DNA of 63,984 bases, counting the filler, from Chiloscyllium plagiosum (lineage: Eukaryota), in assembly GCF_004010195.1 (NCBI RefSeq). It is 5 parts of one record of this genome, joined end to end, with 100 filler letters (N's around TTAATTAATTAA, not from the genome) between each part and the next. Parts side by side here need not be neighbours in the genome. Positions count along the whole stretch, not along the records: positions 58,300 to 63,984 come from NC_057717.1; 4 more parts are not named here. One strand, given 5' to 3'. This document shows, in pieces, positions 63,331 to 63,984 of the stretch. Below the pieces are notes generated by a model. That model saw nothing but the letters and a program-made list of their open reading frames with translations, did no database searches and was not told where the DNA came from. Within the stretch, counting starts at the first letter, position 1. Each line of letters starts with the position of its first letter. The position numbers and the translations under genes are program-made.

Positions 63331-63984
63331 CAACAAGGCACACCAAACAAACAGATTAACAAAACTACTCAGCAAAGCAACACAAGCCAAGTCAACATAT
63401 ACGACAGGTACAAAAAACAACAAGACTAATGAGTAGCCAACTATCGAACATTTCACTACCAGTCATTGGTGCCTTTTGCTTTTGTTTCTATTGATGTTTA
63501 ACTCGAGGACATTCATTTTAGAGGACTTTAATAGATTTCATGGTACCATTATTAGTTAATTCAATTCCTAATTTGGTGGCAGTATCCTGCCATAAGCGCA
63601 AACTTATTTTTTGTGACCTTTGTCACAGAATTGTCCGCACAGTCTAATTAATTGCCAAATCAATTGCTAGGCTGACATAACCAATTGAATACTTTTATGG
63701 CCATCTAGTAGCTCCTTCTCATCATTTAATGTCCTTGTTAAGGCGCCAAAAGCTTCTACAGACTGTCAGATTTCTCCAGAAACTTCTCACACACATCTCA
63801 TAGAATAATTTAAGTGACAATTCAAATAATGCCATCCGACTGAATCACCCTATTCGGATCCGTCTCTCAAATCTGTCCTGAGATCCTCTATCTGAGGTGG
63901 AGTTGTTGCCTCTCACAAAGGTTCACGACCTTCGTTTCACTTTAAAAACTGGAATTTCCAACTTCAGACGTCGCTGACTTCTAT

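Overview
Eukaryotic, repeat-dominated genomic DNA, most likely from a shark (inferred from HE1/V-SINEs, CR1/HER1-type LINEs and Penelope families). I found no intact host protein-coding gene. The window is gapped and appears to join separate contigs with artificial TTAATTAATTAA linkers. It holds many decayed and nested CR1, L2 and Rex/Babar LINEs, one young near-intact CR1 ORF2 (31.4-33.6 kb), HE1-like SINEs, and Penelope-like elements (PLEs) carrying minimal hammerhead ribozymes. It also holds two C2H2 zinc-finger pseudogene exons, decayed tRNA-Leu and tRNA-iMet copies, a ~34-bp minisatellite, and a ~10.5-kb decayed class I (epsilon-like) endogenous retrovirus (ERV), plus a second related pol fragment. 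Two observations stand out. First, a 2.6-kb tandem duplication inside the ERV has a young inverted Penelope pLTR exactly at its junction, resembling a giant target-site duplication. Second, a 2H-phosphoesterase-like remnant lies between the ERV protease and RT. All family assignments come from motif recognition by eye, and boundaries of decayed elements are approximate.
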